DNA of 64,000 nt from Styela clava (lineage: Eukaryota). The notes beneath the pieces are model-generated. The model did no database searches, had not been told where the DNA came from, and saw only the letters and a list, made by a program, of their open reading frames with translations. Each line of letters begins with the position of its first letter. The first letter of the stretch is position 1. Location of the stretch: the NCBI RefSeq assembly GCF_964204865.1, contig NC_135254.1, forward strand, positions 12,276,001 through 12,340,000, in the 5' to 3' direction. Positions 35,718 through 48,021 of the stretch are shown here, piece by piece. A program made the translations under genes and the position numbers.

Positions 35718-38700
35718 GTCAACTTCGTAGCAATCAATATGGGGTTACGTTGTGTTATTTTGTCACATAGGGAGGGTCATTTTGGGGGAGGAATGTTCGA
35801 CAGTCGACACAATATCTCAGCCTATACTGAATCACTGACAATCCGACCAGAAATAAACAAACCCTGTGCCATACTCAGTTAGATGAAATAATGGTATTGA
35901 GATAAAATACCCTAAAACTTTGTATATTTAATCGAAGTATGTTTCTTGACACCAACTATATGCGGGATTGATAGTGATAATAATCACCTATATCAGGGTG
36001 GTCTAAACTGAGGCCTACGGGCCACATGTGGCCCTCAAAACAATTTTAGCGTACACTACTAATACTAAACCATTGGCAAATATTTGTAAATATTAGAAAA
36101 ACAATTTTGATTTATTTTTAAACTATTCCGACTGGAAATAGTTTTTTTCCTGATCCCCATGTCGGGATTGATGTATGTTAAAAACATGAAATATTATTTT
36201 TGTATCTATAAACCTCAAAACGGTGGCTATATGGGAATGGCGCCCTGTGATCGGTGAAAGGAGAATGAATTGTCTTGTTCAGACAGGACCAAGCCGATGA
36301 AATGAGCTCGCGTAAAGTAACTCCTCATTCGAAAAGACGTTTTCTGCCTTTATTTTAGTCAAAACACTCCTCAAGCGTTGGCCATGTCACCACAGTGACG
36401 AACCGCAGAGTTGACTTAGCGCCGTGCGATCCAGTTTTCCGAGGTCCCAACATAGAAGGACTTGTATTTTGACGGTAGCACAAGGCCTGCTCACGCTACA
36501 AGGAATAAATTCATCATACAATGAGTGTATAAAATATGTGAGCAAACCAAACGTATTTCCTTACCAACAACAACGTTAAACCACAGGGTCTGGTGTTTTC
36601 AAGTAAAATCTGTCACGAAAGAATATAATTTTAAGCGACATTACCAAACCAAACACGAGAAAAGATACCGAAAATACCACGATATTTTTCGGAAGCAATT
36701 TTAAAACAACTAGACTCCTAGAGGCTTCATATAGTTTCCTTGAAAAACTGATCAGAATTATAAACTCTCATTCTTAAAGTGAAAATCCTTCACTTTTGCG
36801 ACCCTTCAACCTCGCAACCTTGGACCATCCTGACACATATCACAGATTACTACAAATCTTACTTTGTATGTTATTGGTATTCTTGTCTCACTCCTTCTTT
36901 TTGGATTGGAAATAACCGCTGCTTCTTTGTACGAGGTGGGTATAATTTTTTTTTAGTTTTGGAAAAAAGTAAAATCGCGTTTTATTATCGTGAGTAGTAT
37001 AGTACTGTATAGTTCGCAGAATTAAAAAGTAATAAGATATGCATTATTTTCTCTAATCAAGTTATTTAAAAAGTTGAATTGATCATAACTCATAATTGTA
37101 ACATAACTCCTAATTCATTCTAGCCTATATATATAAGCTGCACCGTAATCAAATGTAAATGCTTAAAAAAATATTAAAAATATTAATACATATATATCTG
37201 TTTATTAAATAAGAATAATTAATAAACCTAATCGACGGAAACCAGTCTGGCCAAATACTTTTACACGCCAGTTACACGTTTTTGTTAACAGAACTCCGAT
37301 ACTCTCATTATTCTACACTCAATTGCATCGTTCTTGTGGTTTGTTTTATTCATCCTGTTCATCGTCAGTAGCTCTTATGCTGGAATCGCTCGCGGATGAT
37401 GCTGTGATCCATATGGTTCGCAACAGGTAAACTACATTGTATGGTTGAATCCCTCAGTTTTACATTTTTTGAAATATTTTTAGCACTTAAAATAATAATT
37501 GATAATGACGTTTGTGTGGCGTTTTGGAATTGCGTTATTGCGATGTGTTATTAAATTCTTGTACAGTTGAAAACAGTACAATACCCATGTCATGTAGGCC
37601 TACTTCATTTTGATAGAACGTTGCAGTTTTCCCAGACGGGCAATCAAATGCTGTTACCTTGACAGACGGTTATTTTCCAAGGTATGTTACGAAAGAAAAG
37701 AAGTTATACTAATACACTATCTGATTCACTTTACTTTATTAAAAAATGTTAATTATTTCGTTTTTCTAACAAATTATCAAATGTTTTAAATGCACCATTT
37801 TAATTTAATCCAGGTCAACTCAAATCCCCAACTGTGTGGCCATCTTGGGCCATTCTCCAATGTATACAGCTCAGCACGCACCATCCATGGCTGGCCAGGT
37901 CAGTGTTGCTTTCCAGTCCGATCCACCACCTAAGGTATGATTTTTGAATATGATTTAATCAAACCTTTTGAATAAAAACTATATGATTGATTATTCTATT
38001 TGAAATGATTATTGAGGTTATATATGCTGTTGCCGAGAGTGAGCCACAAAATCAGATGTACTCAATCCAAGAATTAATTTATGCAGTCAATGTCGACTGC
38101 ATGATGTTAATTAAATGTGGTAATAAACTTCATGAATTTAAACTCTTCATCATTTTTGCACACACATTTTGTGCGCATAGCCAGATGAAATATATATATA
38201 TAAGTTACAGATATAGTCATGTTTGAGATTATAGAGAGATAGTGATCATGATATTTGAGTCAAGTTTGCAGCACAAAAAACGTGAATATTTAGATTCGTT
38301 TTTCAAAACAACCTTTGTGTTTGTGACTTCATGTTATGTTTATAATTTCTAGGTTTAAAGAGCGTCGCCACACTAAGGAATCATCTGCAACAAACTACTT
38401 ACTTTTAGAGCGTCTGTTGCATTTTGTGGATGTGCTTTATTGTCTATAGATGTATTTTATTATCCTGCAATTGGAAATGCAATTAATATGTTACAAATAC
38501 ATATACGTTCAATTTTACAAGTAATTATTTTCTGCACTTGAATAAATGGACATTTTGCTATTGTAATTTTTATGATTCATTCGTTTAACGAACCATTTGA
38601 ATGAATAGGGCGTCTACTATATACTTCCAATCCGCCCGTGCTTTACGTATAGATGGGTTTTTCATCTCCTTGAGCCTGAAATACGATTTTCATTAGACTA

Positions 38701-39245
38701 TCAAACAAACGAAGATCCAATAACTAACCGCAATGCCGGTCACCTACGCGACTCACACAAGAATGCGTCTGAAGATGTGTCTGTCGCAAAATCAAACCGG
38801 TGGACAGCTTTGACGTGAGCCATCACGCTTGGCGGAATAAAAACGGTTTTCCCACGAATAAAAAATAAACAGAGATATTTTGGATGCAATATCAGATCTC
38901 ATAGGATAGGAAATTTTAGAAATAAAAGTAATAAACCTTTAGAGACAACAAAAATCTTTAATCAATGATAATTTATAAAGCAATTGGTCCATTGTGAAAG
39001 AGAAAACAATTTTTTCACAACAGCAAGACGAAGAAAAACAACAACATAGTAAAAATAATACCAATCAGTAATTTATTTTTCCACCAATACTGAAAATACG
39101 CAACATACATATACGAGCAGAATAAGATAAGGATAGTATTTACAAAGTGGCTGGAGACGCTGAAAACCAGTACTGGTTATCGAGCAATAACACCTAGATG
39201 GGGTCTAACACCGCATGAAAAAAAACAGAGGCGCTCGTTAATGCA

Positions 39246-39644
39246 AACAAGAGAGCTATGCTCAAATATATGGACACGTAGCGCCACCCAGTGGCAATAA
39301 TTTTGATGACGTCATAGCGAAAAAAAAGTAATAGCCTTCTGGAGAAAAATTTCATCTTTAACCACTGAAAATATCAAAGCAATTGGTCCAGTATTCGAAG
39401 AGAAAAGCGATTTTTTAAAAATGCAGACGGAGACAAATAACAACAAGAGAGCTATGCTCAAATATATGGACACGTAGCGCCACCCAATGGCAATAATTTT
39501 AATGACGTCATAGCGAAAAAAAAGTAATAGCCTTCTGGAGAAAAATTTTATCCTCAACCACTGAAAATTTCAAAGCAATTGGTCCAGTATTCGAAGAGTA
39601 AAGCGATTTTTTAAAAATGGAGACGGAGACAAATAACAATAACA
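39246..39644 (+). repeat. 196-bp tandem repeat x2 of a dispersed family
   Basis: Unit starts aacaagagagctatgctcaaatatatggacacgt at 39246 and 39442; related heads at ~25990, ~40893, ~41790. Confidence 0.85.
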
Positions 39645-41138
39645 ACAAAATTTTGAAACGATCGTTATGTCCACTTCGTGTCCAATAACAACAAAATTTT
39701 GAAACGATCGTTATGGCCACTAAACGTGTCCAAAAAGAGACTTCAAGCACCTTCGAGCGAGGTAACCACGGCAACTGCTCGGCTGAGTGAAGCAGATTAA
39801 TTGGAAATTATACGCTATGTTTGGTATTATATATGACCAAGTCAAAAAGTGCTGAGACTGTTCTGACATAATAAAATCGAATCTTTGAAGTTTCTACTTT
39901 TTACAAATGGTGTTGCAATGCTGCCTTTATTGGAGGGTTTTCATGAAACCACCGTCTTAAACGACGAAAATTCAGTCATTTTTAAACAACTCGCAAAAAA
40001 GTATAAAATATTTTATGCACTGTAACAGTCGCTTTAGCTTGTTTACTATATACAATACGAGTCGTGTAGTTAATGATTGTTTTGCTTTATTTGCTATTGT
40101 AAAACTAATCAAAATATACACTTTCTTTTATAAATCATCAAAAACATTTAATTTTACGCGTGGGTATTTTCTGCGATTCTGTCAGTCACAATTTCGTGTT
40201 TTGCAGCTAGCTTCAAAGAGGTCAGTTTTGTGGATAACGTATAAGGCGTATATAGTAGCATATTGATTTGATTTTTTCAGGCTGCATAGGATAGAATTTG
40301 TGTATAGCACATACTGATTGAAAGTAAATCAGTGGGTTTACCTATAGGTTATAAAACATGGACTTGGTACCGCGTTTTGTTGTTTCGTCAAAAGTGGATA
40401 CCGGTACCAGTGCTGCAGTGCGGATATTGTTAAAAATTAAGGATTCTAATCAATGAATAAAATCTATAATATGCAGGTAAGCTAAATTTTATATATAACT
40501 TATGTAGGACATGAAATAGTAGCAGATACCATTTATCACAATGAGCAGATAAATGAAATGTGTAACAACAAAAATAGGCTGCAATAAATGAAATGTAAAT
40601 CCTATCCTATTAGTTAACTTATAAAAAACTTGGTATACAATGACTGAATGTTTGAGATTGGGATTTTGGCTCCATGTTAAATTATGGTGCTTTTGTGGCA
40701 TTGAATTTATTGCTTTAATGACATAAGTAAAAGCTCAACTTCACCCAATTAATTTACGGGTGATATTCTAGAGATACTGTTAAAATAATAACATAAAAAA
40801 GTACTAAGAAATAATAACAAAACGGTCCACAGGTTTACTTGTTTCATGTCCAAGTGCAAAAGTTTCAAAGCATATTGAACATGGGGGCAATGTTTAAATA
40901 TATGGACACAGAAGCCAAAACAAAGTATCAAATCTTCTATAGTACGTAGTACGTATAGTAGATAGTTAGTAGAAACCGCCACACCAAAACACACAAAAAT
41001 AGAGCCCACAAGATTGATCTGGTACGATTGTAAAATTTTTTGCTTTATGCTTTTATTGTTGTTGTCCGTAATCGTATTTTTATTAAATGGGAGTAATAAA
41101 ATATTGTAAGATAGTCCGAGGGTTCTTATCTGTTATAT

Positions 41139-41508
41139 CAGGGGTGTGCAACCATTAACACGGGAGGGAAAGATACAAATAACTGGGTGAAACCGCGGTC
41201 CGAACCTTTATTTAGGCTGAATAGTAATTTTGGTTATTGATCTTATGACATGCGTTGTTCGCGTTGCACAACCTAGCTATTAGGACATTAACTATAACGT
41301 TACAGGCATAGATGTTAAATTGGACTCGGGTAAATGCTTGGCAACGCAAATGAATTGGAATTACTCAAGCATACCAAATTAAACTAAATTAAAACTCGTT
41401 TCGTGGGCCGCATAGGCCTACTATTCATTGGCTCTTCTTCGTGGGTCGCACAATTTTTTCTTGTGAGCCGCACTTGGTCCGCGGGCCTCAGGTTGCACAC
41501 TCATGCTG
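41139..41508. mobile_element. hAT MITE
   Basis: caggggtgtgcaacc ... ggttgcacactcatgctg; near-TSD tgttatat/tgttatgt; related termini at 13076 and ~35995. Confidence 0.65.
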
Positions 41509-41942
41509 TGTTATGTAAAATTAACGGGCAATTCCAAAATGAACATGTGCGAATCGGAGTTTTATATCGAGTTTAAATTAAAGTTTCTGACATGTAACCA
41601 AATAAATTATAGTTAGTCACAACTAACGAATTAGTCAGCAGCATCAAAAGTCAACGCAACAGGATGCGATCAGTCATATGGCTATGATATTGAGACTCAA
41701 AGAATTGCGGGGATTCTGACTTGATGGGGGTGCTCGAATGCAACACACTACAAAATGCATTTGGGCTGGAATACGTATTAATAATGAGAAGAGAGATATG
41801 CTCGAATATGTGGACACGTGGAGAAAAAATAAATAGCTTATCATCAATTCCCCGAAATTCACAAGCGGCAACTTACCAGTAGCAGTATCAACTCGTCTAA
41901 GCGGACAAATCTCAGAGACAACTCGACTATACATGGTACGGG

Positions 41943-42145
41943 TGACGGTACTAATAGCGATGTTTCCGAAATGCCGTGTCCCATTTGTACCACTTGTCCC
42001 ACGTGCCTCAATTGTACCACGTATTCCCCTTGTTCCACTGTACCACGTAGTATAAGTGGGGCACGTGGTACAAATGGGATACATGGGACACATGGTACAA
42101 GTGGGACACGACATTTTGGAGACACCCGTACTAAAGGTACTGTCA
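41943..42145. mobile_element. Palindromic MITE built of 9-bp subrepeats
   Basis: tgacggtac ... gtactgtca termini; arms of tgtccca/tgtacca 9-mers mirrored as tgggaca/tggtaca. Confidence 0.7.
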
Positions 42146-43173
42146 TAGCTTTTCAAGTTAGGGAGCAATTAACATCCAATTCCCACGGATTATTATTCAC
42201 TGTCAACATAAAGATCCAAATTGCCTTTTTTGTATTTTTATCGTTTCGAGAGTAGGTTTGGAGCTCAATAACTTTAATTCTGTCTTAATACAAGTCTGTG
42301 GTCAATTTCGGAAAGTTTATTAATGACTATCATTGAATCATTTATAACACTCTGTTACGACTCTTAGAGGTAGATCGACAAAATGTATTTTGCAAGTTTG
42401 ACTTTGATTTAAAACCAATTTACTCAAGAACTCAAGGTTGGTTGACCAGGACGTTATTCGGAGCAAAAGTATATGTACAAAAGTATTCACTTCGTTAAAA
42501 AGGCAATATGTGATATGCTATTCTTGTAATCAATGTAATGGATTGCAAGTATAAAATATAAACCAGAATTGGTATGCATTTCGGCAAACAAGGTCACTAT
42601 TGCAGATAGACTCTAGTTTTCTTCCATATTGACTTGTTTTTCCATTGATATATTTTTCAATAATTTTCATTAGAAAATCCTGAAATATGTCAATCAACAA
42701 CCACCACTTTCTATATGAATCGCATGTGAAGCTTGCCATAGCATCGCACTGGCGCACGATTCGTACATTCCTGGTGTAGACATACGTGTTGTATTGAGCT
42801 TTTGAATGTTCAAGCTTCAAGCAAAAAATACTTCAATTGTGTGACAGGAGTCGCGAGTAACCTCGAAAGTTCTTCAAGCAGCGACACCAACAACGCTGAT
42901 TCACATCAACAAATAAATTTTATGTAATAACCAAAAGCAATTTACAACAAGAACAGCATAAAAAGCTACATCCATTTTATAGAAGCTATCAAACGTATTT
43001 ACTTTAAGCAATGAAGTCACAAATTAACATCGTGAGCACGAAAACACAAATAAATCTGTTATTTCTCACTTAGAAATTTACCGGAAAAGTCAAGAAAATC
43101 AAATGAATGTACAATATGTACATAACATAGTGAACAGAAATATTACAATTAGTCTTTTTTTAGTTTATGTAGT

Positions 43174-46100
43174 TGAACAATGTATTATCTTTATTATCAC
43201 AGGTTGTATTACAAAGTTAATAAAATAAATGTTAGTATGCATTTAAGAAACTGTTAAGACAGAAAGAAACGTTACAGCAAATAACACAATGAAAGTATAT
43301 GTCTACATCTCCCTCGTAGGGAATAAATCCTTGAAAGTGAAAAAGGATTTATGTAAATAGTTTAAAATGTTTTTTATGGATGAGTCTATTTCCTCCTTCT
43401 CCTCGCTCTGTTTCCAGTTTTATCCCATCGTTTCTTGTTGTTGCGATTAGTCATGAACATAACTGTGGTTCTGATGGGAAGTTCTGGTAGCTCTCTTGCA
43501 CACTGGTTGTATCGCTCCAGCAAATGACCATTTCGCTCTGCTAAAAGATGCTCTATTTGCAGTGCGGTTAGGAGCCACTTTTTGTGCAAGCGGCAGTGTC
43601 GAGGATGAGACGGGACGGCAGCAGGATTTGGGCTGGGCTGATATTTATATGTAGCAGCGGTGTTTTGCGATACTGTAGTATAGCTTGTGCCACTTTGTCA
43701 TTATTGAGGGTGCCATCTAAAGATACGTTGTCCATGATAATGCGTTTGGCGGACTTTACACCCAATTCTGCTCTGCCATTAGACTGGGGGTATTCAGCAG
43801 AGCTCAAGCGATGTTGTATATTCCAGTCTGACAGGAACTTACGAAATGTAGCGGATGTCATCTGAGGACCGCCATCAGAACTGAAGATTTCCGGGGTCCC
43901 ATAATTGATAAAAAGGTCGCGACATTTTTTGATGAGGTTCTCTGATGTCGCTTGATTGGGGGGAAAATGAAATATTGATATCCAGCCGCTGAAGCGGTCA
44001 ACGTAAGAGAAATATGAGTGCCCTCCAACATGGAGGTAATCCCCTCATACCTGTTGGAAGGGATAGTCCGGTGATGGGCTCTATGATTTGTTGTGGTGCA
44101 ATGTTATTGCATTTTTGACAGTTGTAGCGGGTGTTTCTTATAGCGGCGTTCATGCCGGGCCAGTAAAGTGCATTTTTTGCCCTCGCGTACATTCCGGATG
44201 TTCCTTGGTGGGCAGAATGTAGGTTTGCTAAAATCGGTTTGTAGTAAGTGGGTGGTACTACAATTCGATCTGTATCAAGCATGATGATGTTATTGATGAC
44301 GGAGAGACGGTCTCGTACTTCCCAGTATTGTTTCAGATCTGAAGACAAAAGGCTCCGTGTTCGAGGAAACCCTGGTTGTATTTGGTGAATGGGCGACAGG
44401 TATATTTTGTCTGCTTTGCATGCGTGGATGAATTGCTTATGCGTAACCCAATCAGTTTGGTTAGAGTGCATCTGATTTGAGGCGGCTGTGTGGAATGCCG
44501 CTATTGTGTGATGTGTAGCATCGACCAGATCCTCATCAACCGTCATGAGTACGTGTGAGGTGTCATCAGAGGTGAAAAAGTGAAATAATGTGGAATCGAT
44601 TGTTTCATTGTCTGATTCAGTAGTGGATATTGGACAGCGAGATAGGGCATCCGGTCTCTTACGCCATTTGCCAGGGTTGTGTTGAATTGTGAACCGAAAT
44701 GCGAATGTGTGCTCTTTCAGTCTTAGGAGTCTAGGATTATTTATTTTATCCAGGCTTCTGTCTAAAAATATTGCAATAGGTGGTCGATGGTCAGTGGATA
44801 CTATCAGGTGCGGGTATTCACGGGTGAAGAAACGCGAATGCTTGAGGCCCCAACCGATGGCAAAGGCTTCACCCTCTGAAGGAGGGTATCTGGATTCTGC
44901 CTCGTTTGTAAAGCGTGATCCAGCAAATACCAGTTTCCATCCGTCTTTGCAGCAAGTTGGGTCTTTGGCAGTGGGACACGCACAGTGCTGTTGTAGTAAG
45001 AGGTACCCGACGCCATCTTTAGACCAGTCTGTTTGTAGCATTGTGGTTTTATTTAAATCAAACGATTCAATGCCATCATGTACTTTGGAAAGAATGGTGG
45101 CTTTGGATTTTTCGAATAGTTCATGCAATGTGGTCCCAATAAAATTCGGATTTGGGTTTGACTAGGTCGCGAGAGGGTGCCATGAGTGAGCTGATTGCAT
45201 ACGCCCAGGATACCGGATTGACAAGCTCAAACCAAGATCTTGCATCTTGAAGATTTTGTGGGACGGGAAAGTCCTTTATAGCATTAAGGATTTTACTAGA
45301 TGGGCTTATTCCTGAGTTGGTAATGTGGAATCCTGCAAATGCGACATTGTCCTTGCAAAATTGGAATTTGGCACTGTTGAGGACAATGCCATTCTTAGCA
45401 CATAGAATTAAGTAGTCCCATACATAAACAAAAATGCAAGATTCCACGTCATCGTCATATAAAAGCACATCATCTATACATTTGACTTTGCGTTGGATAT
45501 CTTTGAGCTGTCGGTAGCGGTATCTACCCTAAGGGGTAATAAATGTGGTAAGGGGACGACTGTCCTCGTCTAATTCAATAGAATGGTAACCATCAGTAGC
45601 ATCTAAGATGGTTTTCTTGGTGTGTGGTGGAATTTGGCATGCCAGCACAAAGGGTGGCTGGCAATGATGCGTTTCACGTTTGCATTGAGAATTTAGATAT
45701 TGCAGATCTATCGTGCGTCGTGGAGTTCCATCTTTTTTGGGTACGACAATCATTCTACTACACCAATTCACAGCTTCTCCGATGGGTACCTTTTCCAGAA
45801 CTCGACTTGCCACATCCGAATCAAGTTGAAATTTGATTTGTTCCATCCAGCATAACGGGACTGGTATGGGTGAATGGTGCGCTCTAGGTGTTGCATCCCA
45901 TTTTAAATGAATATAGGCAGGTTTGGTTTTCATTGCGGGAAAGGCACCAGAGGTATTGAAAGTGTTTGAAGAAAAGGCATCCTTTAAATAGGTTTCTAGC
46001 TTTTCGCACAGATTGTTTTCTGATAGCGAAAAAGGCAAGCATGCTGGACGTTCAGGAGGAGGGGTCCGTTGTGTATGCGATCCAAAGCAGCTGTGAACAG

Positions 46101-47710
46101 TGTCGTTCTGTTCCATCTCGTGTGATGATTTATCAGTCTTGGATGATGGTGGTTGAGTGGCATCCATTGGAAATGGGAATGATATTAAGTTTAATGCATG
46201 TGTCCCTGCTTAGATACACTCTTTTAATCTTAGGACAAATGTAAAGGTTTGCCTGTGCACTGTGTTTACCAATAGAGAATGTGAGATTGGCGTAGGAGTG
46301 ACAAGTTAACCTGAAATTTCCAGCTGTGTGTACAACTTTCTTACACCGTGTTGGATCGTATTGGCGTAGACCAAATATAGTTAAAGCTCCTGCCAGGCAT
46401 ATACTGGCTCCATTGTCTGGATATGTTGAAATGCTTTTGCTGAATTGGTGACCATTATTAGCTGTTATGGTGGCATTGACGAAGATCTCTGTTGTGGTTT
46501 TGCCTTGTTGTGAGTGATTGGCGGATACTATTAACGCCATTGCAGAATCTTTCTGTCGACAAACTGTGGCGAAGTGATTCACTATGCCACATATTTCGCA
46601 CGTATTGCCAAATGCTGGGCAGTAGAGCTTCCTCTGGTTGAATGAACTGTGTTCCTTGCTTCCACAGACACTGCATTTCAAAGACACAGGTTTGGTGGAC
46701 TGCCCTTGATTGCGTCTGTATTTTGGGAATCTTATCCGGACAACCATTGCAGTGTTCTCAGATTTCTGTAAAGCTGATTGATTCCTTAGTGCCGCCTCAT
46801 GAGCCTTGGCATGCTTGACTGTGTCGTCAAATGTCTTAAGGGTGGCAGATTTGTCTAGGATATCAGCCTGTAGGATGTCGCCTGAGAGTGCCCTGATAAA
46901 GTGATCCCTTGCAGCTTCTTGTGGGAAGTCGTATTTGCATTTTGTACAGCTGTATTCGGAGTCTGTAACAGCCTCAAGAATCCTTGTGACCAGATCCTGT
47001 ATTGATTCTCCATCTTGTTGCATAATTGCATGTAGCTTCATGCGGCATACAGATGGGTTAGATTGTTGGGTTACCAGTTCTTTAAGATTGTTGATGATGG
47101 TCTGTTCACTGAGTTTTTTAAATTTATCACCGCCAATGTTGTGGACGATGATGTTCTGAACAGTTTCATCGCAACAGTTATATAATTGGCAATGCATTTG
47201 TTCTGTAGACATTTGCGTAGATTTTTTGTACATTTTCCAATCAAATTCAAAACGTCTGAATTGAGGATGAGTCATCATGACTGAAAGCTTAGGTGGTTTC
47301 ACGGTGTGGCTTTTGATTTTGGGGGTTGATTCTGGGGGGACATGATCATGTGCATCATCAAGATGTTGCTGTATGTATTTCCTTGTTTGGCGGGTCATTT
47401 TGATGATGTGACCAAGAGCTATCCCCAGATCTTTAAGAACATCTTTAGATAGTTCAGATAAGCAGCTATCATCTAGTCCATTTGCAGTGAAGAGTTCACA
47501 GTATATGATAGCTTGATCTTCCGGAATACCAGCTTCCACAAGAAACTCTCCCCATTCTTCTTTTGCTTGCAGCGCCATGAACAAAGTATTATCTTTATTA
47601 TTACAGGTTGTATTACAATGTTATTAAAATAAATGTTAGTATGCCTTTAAAAAACTGTTAAAACGGAAAGAAACAATTTGCAAATAACACAATGAAAGTA
47701 TATGTCTACG
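43174..47710 (-). mobile_element. Ty3/Gypsy (Mag-like) LTR retrotransposon, decayed, copy 1
   Basis: LTRs 43174-43307 and 47578-47710; PBS TGGCGCTGC abutting the 5' LTR; PPT AGGGAGA abutting the 3' LTR; near-TSD GTAGT/GTGGT. Order gag (2 Zn knuckles), PR (PDNGAS), RT (KCIDDVLL), RNase H (TDWS), IN (HSAHQG..CQKC, SSDGGPQ, PQSNGRAE); pol frameshifted. Confidence 0.95.
46133..47578 (-). CDS. Retrotransposon gag-protease ORF with N-terminal SAM-like domain (copy 1)
   Basis: MALQAKEEWGEFLVEAGIPEDQAIIYCELFTANGLDDSCLSELSKDVLKDLGIALGHIIKM; CSVCGSKEH..C and CEICGIVNHFATVC knuckles; PDNGAS protease-like motif. Confidence 0.8.
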   Translation of the reverse strand: MALQAKEEWGEFLVEAGIPEDQAIIYCELFTANGLDDSCLSELSKDVLKDLGIALGHIIKMTRQTRKYIQQHLDDAHDHVPPESTPKIKSHTVKPPKLSVMMTHPQFRRFEFDWKMYKKSTQMSTEQMHCQLYNCCDETVQNIIVHNIGGDKFKKLSEQTIINNLKELVTQQSNPSVCRMKLHAIMQQDGESIQDLVTRILEAVTDSEYSCTKCKYDFPQEAARDHFIRALSGDILQADILDKSATLKTFDDTVKHAKAHEAALRNQSALQKSENTAMVVRIRFPKYRRNQGQSTKPVSLKCSVCGSKEHSSFNQRKLYCPAFGNTCEICGIVNHFATVCRQKDSAMALIVSANHSQQGKTTTEIFVNATITANNGHQFSKSISTYPDNGASICLAGALTIFGLRQYDPTRCKKVVHTAGNFRLTCHSYANLTFSIGKHSAQANLYICPKIKRVYLSRDTCIKLNIIPISNGCHSTTIIQD

Positions 47711-48021
47711 GTGGTTATGTATTTGAACAAAGGCAATATTATTTCTAGAAACAGGACTACGACACTAACAAATGTCCAAAAAAAAATAATAATAAATGAT
47801 GCTTATTAAATCAACTGCAATATCTAATTCACTTTCTTCTGAATTGTTTTCGAAATCCACTAACTCGAAAATTGACTTTTTAGTCCGGCAGAATCGGGCC
47901 TTAACATTGTTTTGGGACATAAAGTTTTTTTTATTGTTTAGATATAATGTATATGACATATATAATGATACCCAGGTGGATGTGGAGTATATAATGTTGA
48001 GCAATTTTTTTTAAGTGGATT

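Larger units (their letters stand above)
34750..38358 (+). pseudogene. MS4A/CD20-like tetraspan pseudogene
   Basis: Exon 1 paralogous to 62534 but TGG>TAG at 34771 and split by a pogo insertion; TM1/TM2 exons not found. Remaining exons 36846-36935 (ITTNLTLYVIGILVSLLLFGLEITAASLYE), 37292-37426 (TM4, in-frame TGA 37397), 37617-37681, 37814-37934 (...DPPPK) and 38353-38358 stay in frame. Confidence 0.78.

Noticed and set aside
37567-37593. Extra micro-exon LKTVQYPCH in the MS4A-like pseudogene
   Set aside because: It would need a 23-nt intron, too short to splice
41674-42255. Cys/Pro/Thr-rich ORFs (CPTCTMCP...) resembling metallothionein
   Set aside because: They are translations of the 9-bp subrepeats of a palindromic MITE and appear on both strands
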